A DNA stretch of 64,000 nucleotides, taken from a virus. Of this stretch, positions 17,106 to 27,139 are shown one piece after another. The translations under genes were made by a program, and so were the position numbers. Location of the stretch: the IMG/VR virus record IMGVR_UViG_3300047650_000023; one strand, written 5' to 3'. The notes beneath the pieces are model-generated. The model did not search any database, was not told the DNA's origin, and worked only from the letters and a program-made list of their open reading frames with translations. Positions within the stretch are counted from its first letter, which is position 1. Each line of letters starts with the position of its first letter.

Positions 17106-19043
17106 TTGGATTATTTAATTAAATCATCTCAAAAGGATTTATCAGATAGAAAACTTGAAGCATATGCAAAATACGCTAAAATACTTCAGTGGGGTAGGCA
17201 ATGTCCAGTTAGATATTGTGAACGGTTTTATGGGATTGAGTTGTTAGATCATCAAAGATTTGTATTTATGAAATCATGGATTACTCCAAGAAATGTTTGG
17301 TGTCAAAGTCGTGGTTCTGGGAAAACAACACTTTTAGCTCCATTTGTTATGGCAAAATCAAATTTATTTGCAAAACACCAAAGTTATATAATGTCAGGTG
17401 TTGGGAGTCAATCACAAGAATGTTTTTTGAAAATCGAGCGTATAGCAAAAAATGAAATTGCTTCTTTTACAGGGTTGACAGATTTTTTCTTGGGAGAAAT
17501 TGAAGTCAATAATGCTGCAAGTGATGGTTTTATTCATAATCCATCTTCGTTTACATATAAACTATTTAACGATAGTAGAGTTAATTCATTAAATGGTGCT
17601 TTTGACAACAATAGGTCAAAACGCTCAAATTTAAATATATATGATGAGAGTGGATTTGCTCCAGAAGATTTATTTGTTACTTCAATGCCCTTTATTACAC
17701 AAGATAGTAACTTTGCGTTAGGTGGAAATATTGATTTAGAAATAAAACCAAGAAATGTTCCAAATCAGGCTATTTTTGCAAGTTCAGCATCGGATATGAG
17801 TACATATTTTTATAGAAATGCTTATAAAGAATATGCAAAACGAATGTTCTTAGGTGATAAAGATTATTATGTTGCTGATGTAAATGCTGAAATTGTTTTT
17901 AATGCAACTTATAATGGTAAAATTTATCCTGTTTCTCTTTTGTCTAAAAAAGAAGTAGATGATGAAATGAGAAAAAATAAGGAAAAAGCTTTACGAGAGT
18001 ATTACAATAAATTCAGCGTTGATGGTGGTGATCAACAGCCATTTAAACGTTCTGTAATTAGAAAAAATAGTATCGTTCGCTTGCCAGAATTAAGAAATGT
18101 TGATAATAAACGTTATGTTTTTGCTTATGACCCTGCTCGTCAATTTGATAATGCTATGTGTTTAGTTGCTGAAATATATAATGACCCCAAAGTTGGATAT
18201 AAAATGAATATATGTAATGGTGTAGGGTTTATAGACATTCAAAAAAAGACAAAAACTCAAATGCGTTATCCAAAACAACTACAAATAATTAAACAAATGG
18301 TTTTAGATTATAATGGCACTGGAAAGTTGGATTATGAAAATATCGAAAAAATTTTAATAGACTCAGGCAGTGGTGGTGGCGGACGTTTTATTGCCGATGA
18401 TTTAATGGAAGATTGGACAGATAAAAATAATCATCCCCATAAAGGTCTTATTGATAACATTGAACATATTGAATATTTATCTCAATTTCCAAATGCTATA
18501 GATAAATTAAAATTATTAAGTCCTAAAAAATATAAAGTTGAAATGTTTGATTCTTTAGTTGAAATGTTAAACCTTGATTTAATATCTTTTACAGCAGATT
18601 ATGATAATAAAGGTGTTATAATGCTTTACAAAGATAATGAATTTGAATATGAAGACGAAATAGATGGAACTAAGAAAAAAGATATTAATCGAGAAATGTA
18701 TGAGCATATTTTATCTTTTGAGGAAGAAGTAGCTTTAATTCAAATTGATTTAGCAAAAGAAGAATTAGCTAATATATATCGGTATGATACATCTAATGGT
18801 GGTTGCAGATATGATTTATCAACAGAACAATCTAATAAAATGCATGATGATAGAGCATATTGTTTAGCTATGTTGGGATGGTATTTAGCGCAATTAAGAC
18901 ATGGACAAATTACCGATAAAGATAAACCATCTATCAACATGTCCGATTATTTCATATCAACAGGCATATCTCACGCATCGACTTCATCGTCATTCCCCTA
19001 TCAAACCAACACAAATGCTTTCAGCAATATATTCAAAAAATAA
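17106..19043 (+). CDS. terL: terminase large subunit (YonF-like)
   Basis: Walker A QSRGSGKTT, Walker B NIYDESG, nuclease acidic motifs YDPAR and KMHDDRAYC. Confidence 0.93.
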   Translation: MDYLIKSSQKDLSDRKLEAYAKYAKILQWGRQCPVRYCERFYGIELLDHQRFVFMKSWITPRNVWCQSRGSGKTTLLAPFVMAKSNLFAKHQSYIMSGVGSQSQECFLKIERIAKNEIASFTGLTDFFLGEIEVNNAASDGFIHNPSSFTYKLFNDSRVNSLNGAFDNNRSKRSNLNIYDESGFAPEDLFVTSMPFITQDSNFALGGNIDLEIKPRNVPNQAIFASSASDMSTYFYRNAYKEYAKRMFLGDKDYYVADVNAEIVFNATYNGKIYPVSLLSKKEVDDEMRKNKEKALREYYNKFSVDGGDQQPFKRSVIRKNSIVRLPELRNVDNKRYVFAYDPARQFDNAMCLVAEIYNDPKVGYKMNICNGVGFIDIQKKTKTQMRYPKQLQIIKQMVLDYNGTGKLDYENIEKILIDSGSGGGGRFIADDLMEDWTDKNNHPHKGLIDNIEHIEYLSQFPNAIDKLKLLSPKKYKVEMFDSLVEMLNLDLISFTADYDNKGVIMLYKDNEFEYEDEIDGTKKKDINREMYEHILSFEEEVALIQIDLAKEELANIYRYDTSNGGCRYDLSTEQSNKMHDDRAYCLAMLGWYLAQLRHGQITDKDKPSINMSDYFISTGISHASTSSSFPYQTNTNAFSNIFKK

Positions 19044-19089
19044 ACTAAAAATAAAATTTCAATACAGAAAGGAGGCGAGTTCATAATTA

Positions 19090-20850
19090 ATGGGAAGACC
19101 AAAAGGTTCAACAACTAAACCAAAATCAAATAATCAATCCTATAACACACCTATTCAATCTCCACAACAAACTCAAACACCATCACAGTTTGCAGAAGAT
19201 TTTGCGACACGATATTTAAATCAATATGTAAAATTTATAGAAAATTTTGCATCTGTCAATTCAGCTACATCTGGAACAGGATATTACAATCCTATTTATG
19301 CTAATAGTGCAATGAAAAGATTTAATACTTATTCTAATAAGCCTAGTATGCGAGATTTAATATCTTGGTTAGATAATCCTAGATATTTTGAGCAACAATT
19401 AAGAGGACTATCAGATTGGTTAACATTTTCTTGTGAATTTTATACAAGAACTATTTATTATGCGGCAAATATTTTAAATTTTGATTATGAATTAATCCCT
19501 ATAAATCCTCCTGCATCAAATGCAACAGCGAGTGAAATTGATTTATATAAACGACAAAAATATTTAAATAATGATTGGCTTAGAAAATTCAGAGTAAAAG
19601 AACAATGTTCAAATATAATGTTGGATGTAATTAAATCAGGTGGAAAATTCTATTATTTGAGACATAGTGATACGAGTGATTATCTGCAAAATATGCCAGA
19701 TGATTATTTATACATTAATGGTCGAGTTGATACAGTTGGATATACATATAGCATGAACATGTCTTTCTTTTATCAATTTCCAGAAAGTGTTTTTGGATTT
19801 GCTCCAGAATTTGCAGATTGGTATAAAAACTTTCTCACACCAGAAGGTAAATTTGATAACACTTCTAATCCATATAAACGTATGCCTATTGATAGGTCTG
19901 TTGTATTTAAATTTGATGATACAAGACCTGAAAATATACCCCCATTTGCAGGAATATTTAAAAATGCTTTAGAAATTGAAGATTATCAAGATTTGCTTAA
20001 ATTAAAAGCACAACTACAAACATTTCAAATGTTATATCTTGAAATTCCAAAAGACAAAGATGGTAAACCAACTATAACAGCAAATGAAAGTATTAATTAT
20101 GTAGCAGTTGCTCAAACACAAGTTCCCACTGGAACAGGAATAGTATCATCTCCTATGCATTTGGAACAAATTGATTTTGATAATTCACAGAATTTTAATA
20201 ATATAATTGGACTTGGTGCGAGTAATTTTTATCAAAGTTCTGGTTTATGTCCTGCTATATTTGGAGATAGTACAAAATCGGCAGTAGGAATTATAAATAG
20301 TATACAAACAGATTATCTTATGTTTGAACATATGTACAATCAATTTGAGCGTTTTATAAATTATCAACTCACTAAAATTTCTGGTAAATATGATTTTGCA
20401 ATTAAATTTTTAAGACGTTCTAATTATACATTAAGTGATGATATTACTAATGCTTTTAAATTATTAGATCATGGTGGAGCAATAGGAAGAACTTTATCTG
20501 CATTAGGTGCTGAACCGTGGCAACACGAAAATACATTACTTGATAATGTTCTTTGTGGATATACAGATTTATTAAGAGTTCCACAAACTGCTTATACACA
20601 ATCTAGTAGTAGTAGTGATAGTGGAGGAAGACCTACATCAGAGCAAGCAGGAACAGCAATTACTGATTCTAATGATATTACTCGTTCAGCAGGAAGTAAT
20701 CAAGATAAGTTTTCTGCACATAAATGTTTAAATTGCGGTAAAGAACTTGATTCAAATAATTCAAATGGAATGTTTTGTTCAGATGATTGTAAATTAGAAT
20801 GGGCAACGAGTATTGTAGATGAAAACAAAGATGATTTAGGTGGTGAATAA
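19090..20850 (+). CDS. portal protein (YonE-like)
   Basis: Position after terL, 586 aa, C-terminal GGRP motif and a CxxC...FCSxxC extension. Confidence 0.8.
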   Translation: MGRPKGSTTKPKSNNQSYNTPIQSPQQTQTPSQFAEDFATRYLNQYVKFIENFASVNSATSGTGYYNPIYANSAMKRFNTYSNKPSMRDLISWLDNPRYFEQQLRGLSDWLTFSCEFYTRTIYYAANILNFDYELIPINPPASNATASEIDLYKRQKYLNNDWLRKFRVKEQCSNIMLDVIKSGGKFYYLRHSDTSDYLQNMPDDYLYINGRVDTVGYTYSMNMSFFYQFPESVFGFAPEFADWYKNFLTPEGKFDNTSNPYKRMPIDRSVVFKFDDTRPENIPPFAGIFKNALEIEDYQDLLKLKAQLQTFQMLYLEIPKDKDGKPTITANESINYVAVAQTQVPTGTGIVSSPMHLEQIDFDNSQNFNNIIGLGASNFYQSSGLCPAIFGDSTKSAVGIINSIQTDYLMFEHMYNQFERFINYQLTKISGKYDFAIKFLRRSNYTLSDDITNAFKLLDHGGAIGRTLSALGAEPWQHENTLLDNVLCGYTDLLRVPQTAYTQSSSSSDSGGRPTSEQAGTAITDSNDITRSAGSNQDKFSAHKCLNCGKELDSNNSNGMFCSDDCKLEWATSIVDENKDDLGGE

Positions 20851-21363
20851 ATGAAAAATGGACTTATATCAGACGGTTTAAATAATTATCTAAATAGTTT
20901 AGTTGGCGAATGTTTTCTTTTGAATAGAGTTATGGATAGGAATGTTAGTATTTTATCAGTTAAGTTTGTTATGAACAATTCAGTAAAATATTTGCATCAG
21001 AAATTTTCTCACAGATTCCCGATCCTCGGAGATATAATTTCTGATTATCAAGGCTCAAGAAACTGTTTAACTGTATATCCTGCTACTCCTGAAGATGCAA
21101 GTGATTATGCTACACCACTAGATTTATTTAATAAATTGTATGATTATCAAATTACTTTTGAAAATTCAGTTAAAGAAGTTATAGAACAAGCAAAAGATGA
21201 AGGCGATTTAATGACTAAAAAGTTTTTAGAAGATTTTTTATTTGAATTGAGTAAATACACAAATCAAATTATGCTTCTTTGTGATAAAGCCGAATCTTAC
21301 GGAACTGATTATATGAGTTTTGATAGAGACATTAAAAAATTCTTTTTGTTTGGAGACAATTGA
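20851..21363 (+). CDS. ferritin-like four-helix protein
   Basis: ISDGLNNYLN...TPLDLFNKLYDYQITFENSVKEVIEQAKDEGDLMTKKFLEDFL aligns by eye with the ferritin helix pattern. Confidence 0.65.
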   Translation: MKNGLISDGLNNYLNSLVGECFLLNRVMDRNVSILSVKFVMNNSVKYLHQKFSHRFPILGDIISDYQGSRNCLTVYPATPEDASDYATPLDLFNKLYDYQITFENSVKEVIEQAKDEGDLMTKKFLEDFLFELSKYTNQIMLLCDKAESYGTDYMSFDRDIKKFFLFGDN

Positions 21364-21386
21364 GGAAATAGAATGGTGAATAATAA

Positions 21387-21587
21387 ATGAAAAAGTATAT
21401 TAAATGTTTTTCACAGGAAAAAGCTGATTCTCTACAAGATATTGGACTTTCATTCCTTTATGATCAACATGGAGTTTGGTATTTTGAAGATAACGCAAAG
21501 GTAACTCAAAATATGAGATTCAGTAAATCTGAAGATGGAAAATTCAGTGAAGATGATATTGAATTTTGTAAAAGTTTAAATTTTTAA
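21387..21587 (+). CDS. small hypothetical protein
   Basis: 66-aa ORF within the head operon. Confidence 0.6.
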   Translation: MKKYIKCFSQEKADSLQDIGLSFLYDQHGVWYFEDNAKVTQNMRFSKSEDGKFSEDDIEFCKSLNF

Positions 21588-21622
21588 AATTAAGAATAAT
21601 TAAATTGAAGGGAGGTGATAAT

Positions 21623-23830
21623 TTGAAAGAAAGTTTTGCTATTGACAATCAAATTTTTGATTTAACTGAAATTAATCCATTGATTGTAAAATATAAAGTT
21701 GCTATAGCAAGTGCTGATTTCCAAGCCAATGGATTTTATTTTAGTAAAAGTCTTTTATCAACTCTTTTTAATACTATTAAGGGTAGTCCAGTTCTTACTT
21801 ATTATGATGAGAATTCAAATATATTCGCAGGTCATGAAGGGGATGTTTACAGAAGTAAAACTGGATTAAAAAGAACACCAACTACAATTCCTGTTGGCTT
21901 CGCTGCTTATGATGAAGATAGTGTATTTTGGCAAACTTTAAATTTAGATGGTACAGACCGTGAATGGTTATGTGCTTGTGTTTACTTATGGAAAGATAGA
22001 TATCCGTATGTTGATGATTTAACAGGCGAGTCTGTAATTGCTAACCAAAGCATGGAATTAGAAATGGTTTATGAAATGAAAAATGGAGTTAAAGTTGTCA
22101 CAGAAGCAGAATTTAACGCCATCACTATTATTGGTATCACTCCAGCTTTCGCAGGAAGTTGTGTTCTTAATTTTTCCAAACAAGATTTCTCAAAAGATAT
22201 TCTACAAATGAAACAACAATTAACAAACATAACAAAATATTCTTCTATAGATTTTTCTATTCCATCTGAAATAAAAGAATTTTGTAAAACAAACTTATCA
22301 CAAAATAATAATCAAATAGAAAAAATAACAAGTGTTTGTAAAACCAATATTAATTATCTACTTAATAACGATTATATCACATCAAATATGATGTCTTATA
22401 TACAAAAATATTTCTCTAGCATTAAAGACAAAAAAACATTTTCGCTTAATGGTGAAAATGTAGTCGTGGAATGGTGCAATAATCTTATTTCCCAGATGCG
22501 AGAAGTAGACAAGGGTGGTGAGAAGTTAAATATGTCTCAAACAGAGGAATTTTCTAAAGATGAATGGGGTTCAGGAGATTATAAAATAAAAGTTAACAAA
22601 AATAAAAATGCTGTTAGTAATAAAGCATGGGGAGATGTTGATAAAACAGCTTTAATGCACCAAGTAATAAAGGCTACTAATGGAAAATCTGTTGTTAATG
22701 ATATTTACGCTGATGTTGAAGATGGATATGAAGATGCACCATCAAAACATTTAAAATTTCCCATCATGGAAGTTAATTCTGATAACGAAGCAGTTTATAA
22801 TTCAAACGCTCTTTCCAGTGCATTAGCTTATGCAAATAATTCTGATACTGGAAATCCAAAAGTAGCAAAAAAAATAGAAGGGATTCAAAAGGATTTAGAT
22901 CTTTTGAAAGAAGGTGAAAAAAATAATATGACAAAAACAAAAATGACAAAAGCACAGAAAAGTGAATTTTCAGCAAAGTTTAGTCTTAGTGCAAATCAGA
23001 TTATTAGCTTAATGAATGACGCTTGTGATTCTCAAACTTATGATACTGATTATGGTACAAATGATCAATATAATATTTATGATTTTGATGATACTTATAT
23101 GTATGGTTATGATTGTCAGAATAGTTGTACTGTAGCTATTCCTTTTACAATTGCCGATGATGGAACTATTACTCCTGATTTTGATAATGTTCAAGCAGCT
23201 AAAAACGCTTCAATATGGGTTGTTTCAGGCAATGATGATTATGCTAACACTGATGATGATGATACATATTCAATGTTTGCTAACGCAAAATGTGCTAAAG
23301 TTGAATCAAAAATGACAGCGAAGATAACAGAATCAGAAACAAAAATGTCTGAAGTAAATAATAAATTAAGTGAAACAGAAGCAAAACTTACTGACACTGA
23401 AGCAAAATTAGGCAAACAGTTTGCTGCAACTACTTCTCTTGAAACTGCACTTGCTGATGCACAAACAACTTGTGCTGAAAGACAAACTGAAATTGATAAT
23501 TTGTCAGCACAACTAAAAGGTAAAGAAGATAATGAAGTACTTACTGCTGCAAAAGCATTAATGAGTAAGAAAGAATTTAAAGTGTTTACAGAAGATGTTA
23601 AAGCTGAGATTCTAAAATTCGCTGTTGATAAAACACCAGAAGAATTTGAAACTATTGCATTAGCCAAACTGGGTAAATTTGCCGCTGAAAATTTTGAATA
23701 TGATTTAAATACTGGTAAATTTTCTACTATGTTTGTTCCTAATATAAATACTCAAAAGCCAAATAATAACGATTTGGCTGATGATCCTTATGCAGAAGCA
23801 CGTAAAAAATTCGGTATTGAAAACAAATAA
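21623..23830 (+). CDS. prohead protease/scaffold-like protein (YonD-like)
   Basis: N-terminal region with GHEG and QSMELE; C-terminal coiled coil; lies between portal and capsid. SD GGAGGTG precedes the TTG at 21623. Confidence 0.7.
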   Translation: MKESFAIDNQIFDLTEINPLIVKYKVAIASADFQANGFYFSKSLLSTLFNTIKGSPVLTYYDENSNIFAGHEGDVYRSKTGLKRTPTTIPVGFAAYDEDSVFWQTLNLDGTDREWLCACVYLWKDRYPYVDDLTGESVIANQSMELEMVYEMKNGVKVVTEAEFNAITIIGITPAFAGSCVLNFSKQDFSKDILQMKQQLTNITKYSSIDFSIPSEIKEFCKTNLSQNNNQIEKITSVCKTNINYLLNNDYITSNMMSYIQKYFSSIKDKKTFSLNGENVVVEWCNNLISQMREVDKGGEKLNMSQTEEFSKDEWGSGDYKIKVNKNKNAVSNKAWGDVDKTALMHQVIKATNGKSVVNDIYADVEDGYEDAPSKHLKFPIMEVNSDNEAVYNSNALSSALAYANNSDTGNPKVAKKIEGIQKDLDLLKEGEKNNMTKTKMTKAQKSEFSAKFSLSANQIISLMNDACDSQTYDTDYGTNDQYNIYDFDDTYMYGYDCQNSCTVAIPFTIADDGTITPDFDNVQAAKNASIWVVSGNDDYANTDDDDTYSMFANAKCAKVESKMTAKITESETKMSEVNNKLSETEAKLTDTEAKLGKQFAATTSLETALADAQTTCAERQTEIDNLSAQLKGKEDNEVLTAAKALMSKKEFKVFTEDVKAEILKFAVDKTPEEFETIALAKLGKFAAENFEYDLNTGKFSTMFVPNINTQKPNNNDLADDPYAEARKKFGIENK

Positions 23831-23859
23831 ATTAAAAAAGAAAGAATGGTGATTTTATA

Positions 23860-24402
23860 ATGGCTGGTATTTTTAGACTTTATGATCTTCCTATGTATGA
23901 TAACGAAAATATTGACTTTATTAAAGTTGCTACAGATAACCTTTCAAACGGAATGGCTGTTGTAGCAAAGGATGTTGTAGGTACATTTTTGGATGGACAG
24001 GGCGCACTTTATAATCCTGTACAGCCAGTTACTGTTGGAGATGCTTATGTAGCAATCGTTGCTTCTGAAAGTTATTATCATGACCTACAGGGCAATCGTA
24101 TTTCTATTGATGATCCTACTGTTAAGGTATTTACTACTGGTGACAGAATTAGAGTTATTCGTCCTGCTTTGAATAAAAAATATTTTATGTCTAATGATCT
24201 TATTACAGGTACTCCTGCTGTTGGTGGATATCTTATTCCTACTGCTGGTGCTTATGGTTGGACATATTCAGCAACTGATATTACAACTGGATCACCTAAA
24301 GTCGTTCTTTACATTGAACAAATTAATGTGAATGATACTTTTGTTGGTTTGGCTTCTGTTACTGGTGTAAAAGTTCGTGTTGTCAGAGCTTCTGGCGTAT
24401 AA
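23860..24402 (+). CDS. capsid decoration/cement-like protein (YonC position)
   Basis: 180-aa beta-rich ORF directly before the major capsid gene, with highly biased codon use. Confidence 0.6.
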   Translation: MAGIFRLYDLPMYDNENIDFIKVATDNLSNGMAVVAKDVVGTFLDGQGALYNPVQPVTVGDAYVAIVASESYYHDLQGNRISIDDPTVKVFTTGDRIRVIRPALNKKYFMSNDLITGTPAVGGYLIPTAGAYGWTYSATDITTGSPKVVLYIEQINVNDTFVGLASVTGVKVRVVRASGV

Positions 24403-24432
24403 ATTAATTAAGAAAGGAACGGTGAAATAATA

Positions 24433-25563
24433 ATGAGTAATTTTAAAACAATACATGCAAATTCACATAAATTTTCTTTTAGTAAAAATGATGTAAACGC
24501 TATTGAACTAGGAGTTAGTTTAACAAATCGTAATCTTTATAAAGACAATTCTAAGGCATATGGTCGTTTTTCTAATTTTGGTGGAGAAACATATGAAGGT
24601 CTAAATTATAAACAGCATAATGATAGTTTCTTTGAAGCTGTAAAAACTGCTGCTTATGAGAAAGCTAATCTTATACCGGAAAATACTTCGTTTGCTCTTG
24701 CTTTCAGTTTTGATACTTTTCAGAAATCATTTTTCTCTGTAATTCAGGAAACTATTGATAATGTAAATAGCAAAAATGAAATTGAGGAAATTCTTGGTTT
24801 TGCTGATGTTCGCAGTCTTGCCGAAGGCGACTCAATGAACGTAACTGTAAAGCCTACTAATTCTTATTTCTTCGAGAGATCTGGTCTTGGTAAAACTCAT
24901 GGTACAGCACAGAAATATTACGGTAAGAGTGTTGTTCTTGCACCACAGACAAATGATACAGAAATATCTTTTAATAGAGCAGATATCGTTGCAGGTCGTG
25001 TAGATTGGGGTCGTGAGATTTCTCGTGCAGTTGGAGGACTTCGTTCTGGTTATCTTCAGGATATTGCTAATCTTATTTTCAGTTCAACTGTTACAAGTCC
25101 TATAGGTAATAAAACTATTTCTACTGGTGCATATTCTGAACTAGATTTCCGTACAAAGCTTCAATTGATTCAAGCACAGAATGGTTCTAGTAATACATAT
25201 ATTTATGGTACGGATATTAGTCTTTCTCCTTTGCTTCCTACTAATTCACAGCTTCAGCTAGGTCTTGGTATTGAGTATACTCAGAACGGATTTATCTCTA
25301 CTCCTTTTGGAACTAGAGCTATAGCACTTCCACAGGCGCTTCTTGCCGATAATGCTACACTTATTCTTCCAAACAATTATGTTGTTGGTATGAGTGTTGA
25401 TATTGGTAGTAAGCCTGTTGCAATTGGTGTTTCTGGTGAGACTAGAATTCAGTCACAGGTTGATAGTGAAAACGCTGGTGAAGATTTTGTTTACACTGTC
25501 AAATCTGATTGGGATGTTAAATTTGCAGGTCAAGGTAGGATTCTTCTTTACAAGACAATGTAA
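24433..25563 (+). CDS. major capsid protein (YonB-like)
   Basis: 376 aa; position after scaffold and decoration genes; biased codon use; followed by a strong hairpin. Confidence 0.8.
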   Translation: MSNFKTIHANSHKFSFSKNDVNAIELGVSLTNRNLYKDNSKAYGRFSNFGGETYEGLNYKQHNDSFFEAVKTAAYEKANLIPENTSFALAFSFDTFQKSFFSVIQETIDNVNSKNEIEEILGFADVRSLAEGDSMNVTVKPTNSYFFERSGLGKTHGTAQKYYGKSVVLAPQTNDTEISFNRADIVAGRVDWGREISRAVGGLRSGYLQDIANLIFSSTVTSPIGNKTISTGAYSELDFRTKLQLIQAQNGSSNTYIYGTDISLSPLLPTNSQLQLGLGIEYTQNGFISTPFGTRAIALPQALLADNATLILPNNYVVGMSVDIGSKPVAIGVSGETRIQSQVDSENAGEDFVYTVKSDWDVKFAGQGRILLYKTM

Positions 25564-25588
25564 TTTAAACAAACTAAACAAACTAAAA

Positions 25589-25683
25589 ATATAGAGGTTG
25601 GATTTCCAGCCTCTATATAATTTTGTAATCAAAATATTATTAAAATGAGTATTAGGTATTATAAAACTATATAGAGGCTGGAA
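25589..25683 (+). promoter_or_regulatory. three-segment alternative hairpin after the capsid gene
   Basis: Segment B TTCCAGCCTCTATATA (25604-25619) can pair with upstream ATATAGAGGTTGGA or with downstream TATATAGAGGCTGGAA (25668-25683, perfect 16 bp). Confidence 0.7.
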
Positions 25684-25718
25684 TAAAATTTTAAATTTGA
25701 AAGGTGAATAATTAATTC

Positions 25719-26426
25719 ATGGCAAACACAAAAAAAATTATAGACACAACTACAGAAAACACAGAACAAAATGTTGAGACTCAAGAAACTAAAATTGAAA
25801 CTAAAGATACTACTTCTATTGATATAGAATCTATTATAAAAAAGGCTGTTTCGGAAACTGCTAAAAATTACGATGATAAAATAACTGACTATGAAAATAA
25901 AATCAAAGAATTAGAAGCAAGATGTAACAACAACAGTAACAATGGTTCTAAATTTGATCCAAATAAACGTATCAAAATTATGTATATGGGTGCAGGGTCT
26001 GCTAACTTTTCAAGAGGTAGGATAAATGTTGATTTTAAACAATTGTTTGATACTCATGATGTAAGATATGATATTTTTGAAGAAATGTATGATATATTTG
26101 GAGATTGGTTTAGAAGTTTTGAACTTATAATTCTTAATAAAGATGTTAGAGAAGAAACTGGGTTAGAATATGGATTTAATACTAGCGGAGCAGATAAAAC
26201 TATATTCTTTGAAATGCTCAAGTTAGATAACGCTGAATGTTTGAATAAACTTAGTGAATTTTCACCACAAGTTGCTATGGGATTTTTGAAATTTTATGTT
26301 GATGAGTATTTAAAATACAATTCAGATGCAATAGCAAAATTTTCTGATATAACTACATATTTTCAAAATCATTTTGGTATAGGACAAATTCAAAATACTA
26401 TTCAAGAAATGATGTCGGGAAGATAA
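25719..26426 (+). CDS. hypothetical virion-morphogenesis protein (YonA position)
   Basis: 235-aa ORF with SD; synteny only. Confidence 0.6.
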   Translation: MANTKKIIDTTTENTEQNVETQETKIETKDTTSIDIESIIKKAVSETAKNYDDKITDYENKIKELEARCNNNSNNGSKFDPNKRIKIMYMGAGSANFSRGRINVDFKQLFDTHDVRYDIFEEMYDIFGDWFRSFELIILNKDVREETGLEYGFNTSGADKTIFFEMLKLDNAECLNKLSEFSPQVAMGFLKFYVDEYLKYNSDAIAKFSDITTYFQNHFGIGQIQNTIQEMMSGR

Positions 26427-26467
26427 AGTAATAATAAAAACAAATTATGTAAGGAGGTGTTAAATAT

Positions 26468-27139
26468 TTGAGTACGCCATTTTTAAATATTTATAAACAA
26501 AATGAAGTTTTTAAAAACGATTCACGTTTAAAATATAAACCAACTAATCAATTATATGAATTATATTCTACATATCTTGATTTTGCAATTGGTGAATTTG
26601 ATATAGATTGTTATAAAGATTTAGATAATATTTTACCATTTACACAAAATGAATATTACTATAATGCTGATGGTGTGAATAATGTGTTCTCAGTTTCAAC
26701 ACTTCCAGATAATTGTTTATTTTATGTTGGTACAGCACCAGATTCTAACACTTGTTATACTGAAACAACTAATTATACCTTTGATAATATTGCTATGACT
26801 ATTACTATTAATAATGCTATTTTACCACAAGGAACATTCGTATATATTAGTGGATATCAAATCGGTGAATTTTCTGATGATTTAAATAAAATGGAAATTA
26901 ACATCTTAAACGCTGGTATGCTTGTGCCTTGGGATATGGAACATATACATAGGGATTCATTATTAACACAAATGATGGTTAATGGAAACTCGAAAATATA
27001 CTCTCAGGCGCAACATATTTCGTCAGTAGCTGATGTTGCAAATAATCAATATTTTAAAGTATTTCAGAGTATGATTACTTCTTATTCCTATAAATATTCG
27101 CCAAACTCTCTTAGAAATCTAGGAGGTAGAGGATATTGA
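26468..27139 (+). CDS. putative head-tail adaptor
   Basis: MSTPFLNIY start typical of adaptor proteins; position in the operon. Confidence 0.5.
   Translation: MSTPFLNIYKQNEVFKNDSRLKYKPTNQLYELYSTYLDFAIGEFDIDCYKDLDNILPFTQNEYYYNADGVNNVFSVSTLPDNCLFYVGTAPDSNTCYTETTNYTFDNIAMTITINNAILPQGTFVYISGYQIGEFSDDLNKMEINILNAGMLVPWDMEHIHRDSLLTQMMVNGNSKIYSQAQHISSVADVANNQYFKVFQSMITSYSYKYSPNSLRNLGGRGY

Noticed and set aside
17106-19043. Intein or intron in terminase or capsid genes
   Set aside because: The ORFs are continuous and of ordinary length, with no intein terminal motifs or intron core elements noticed.
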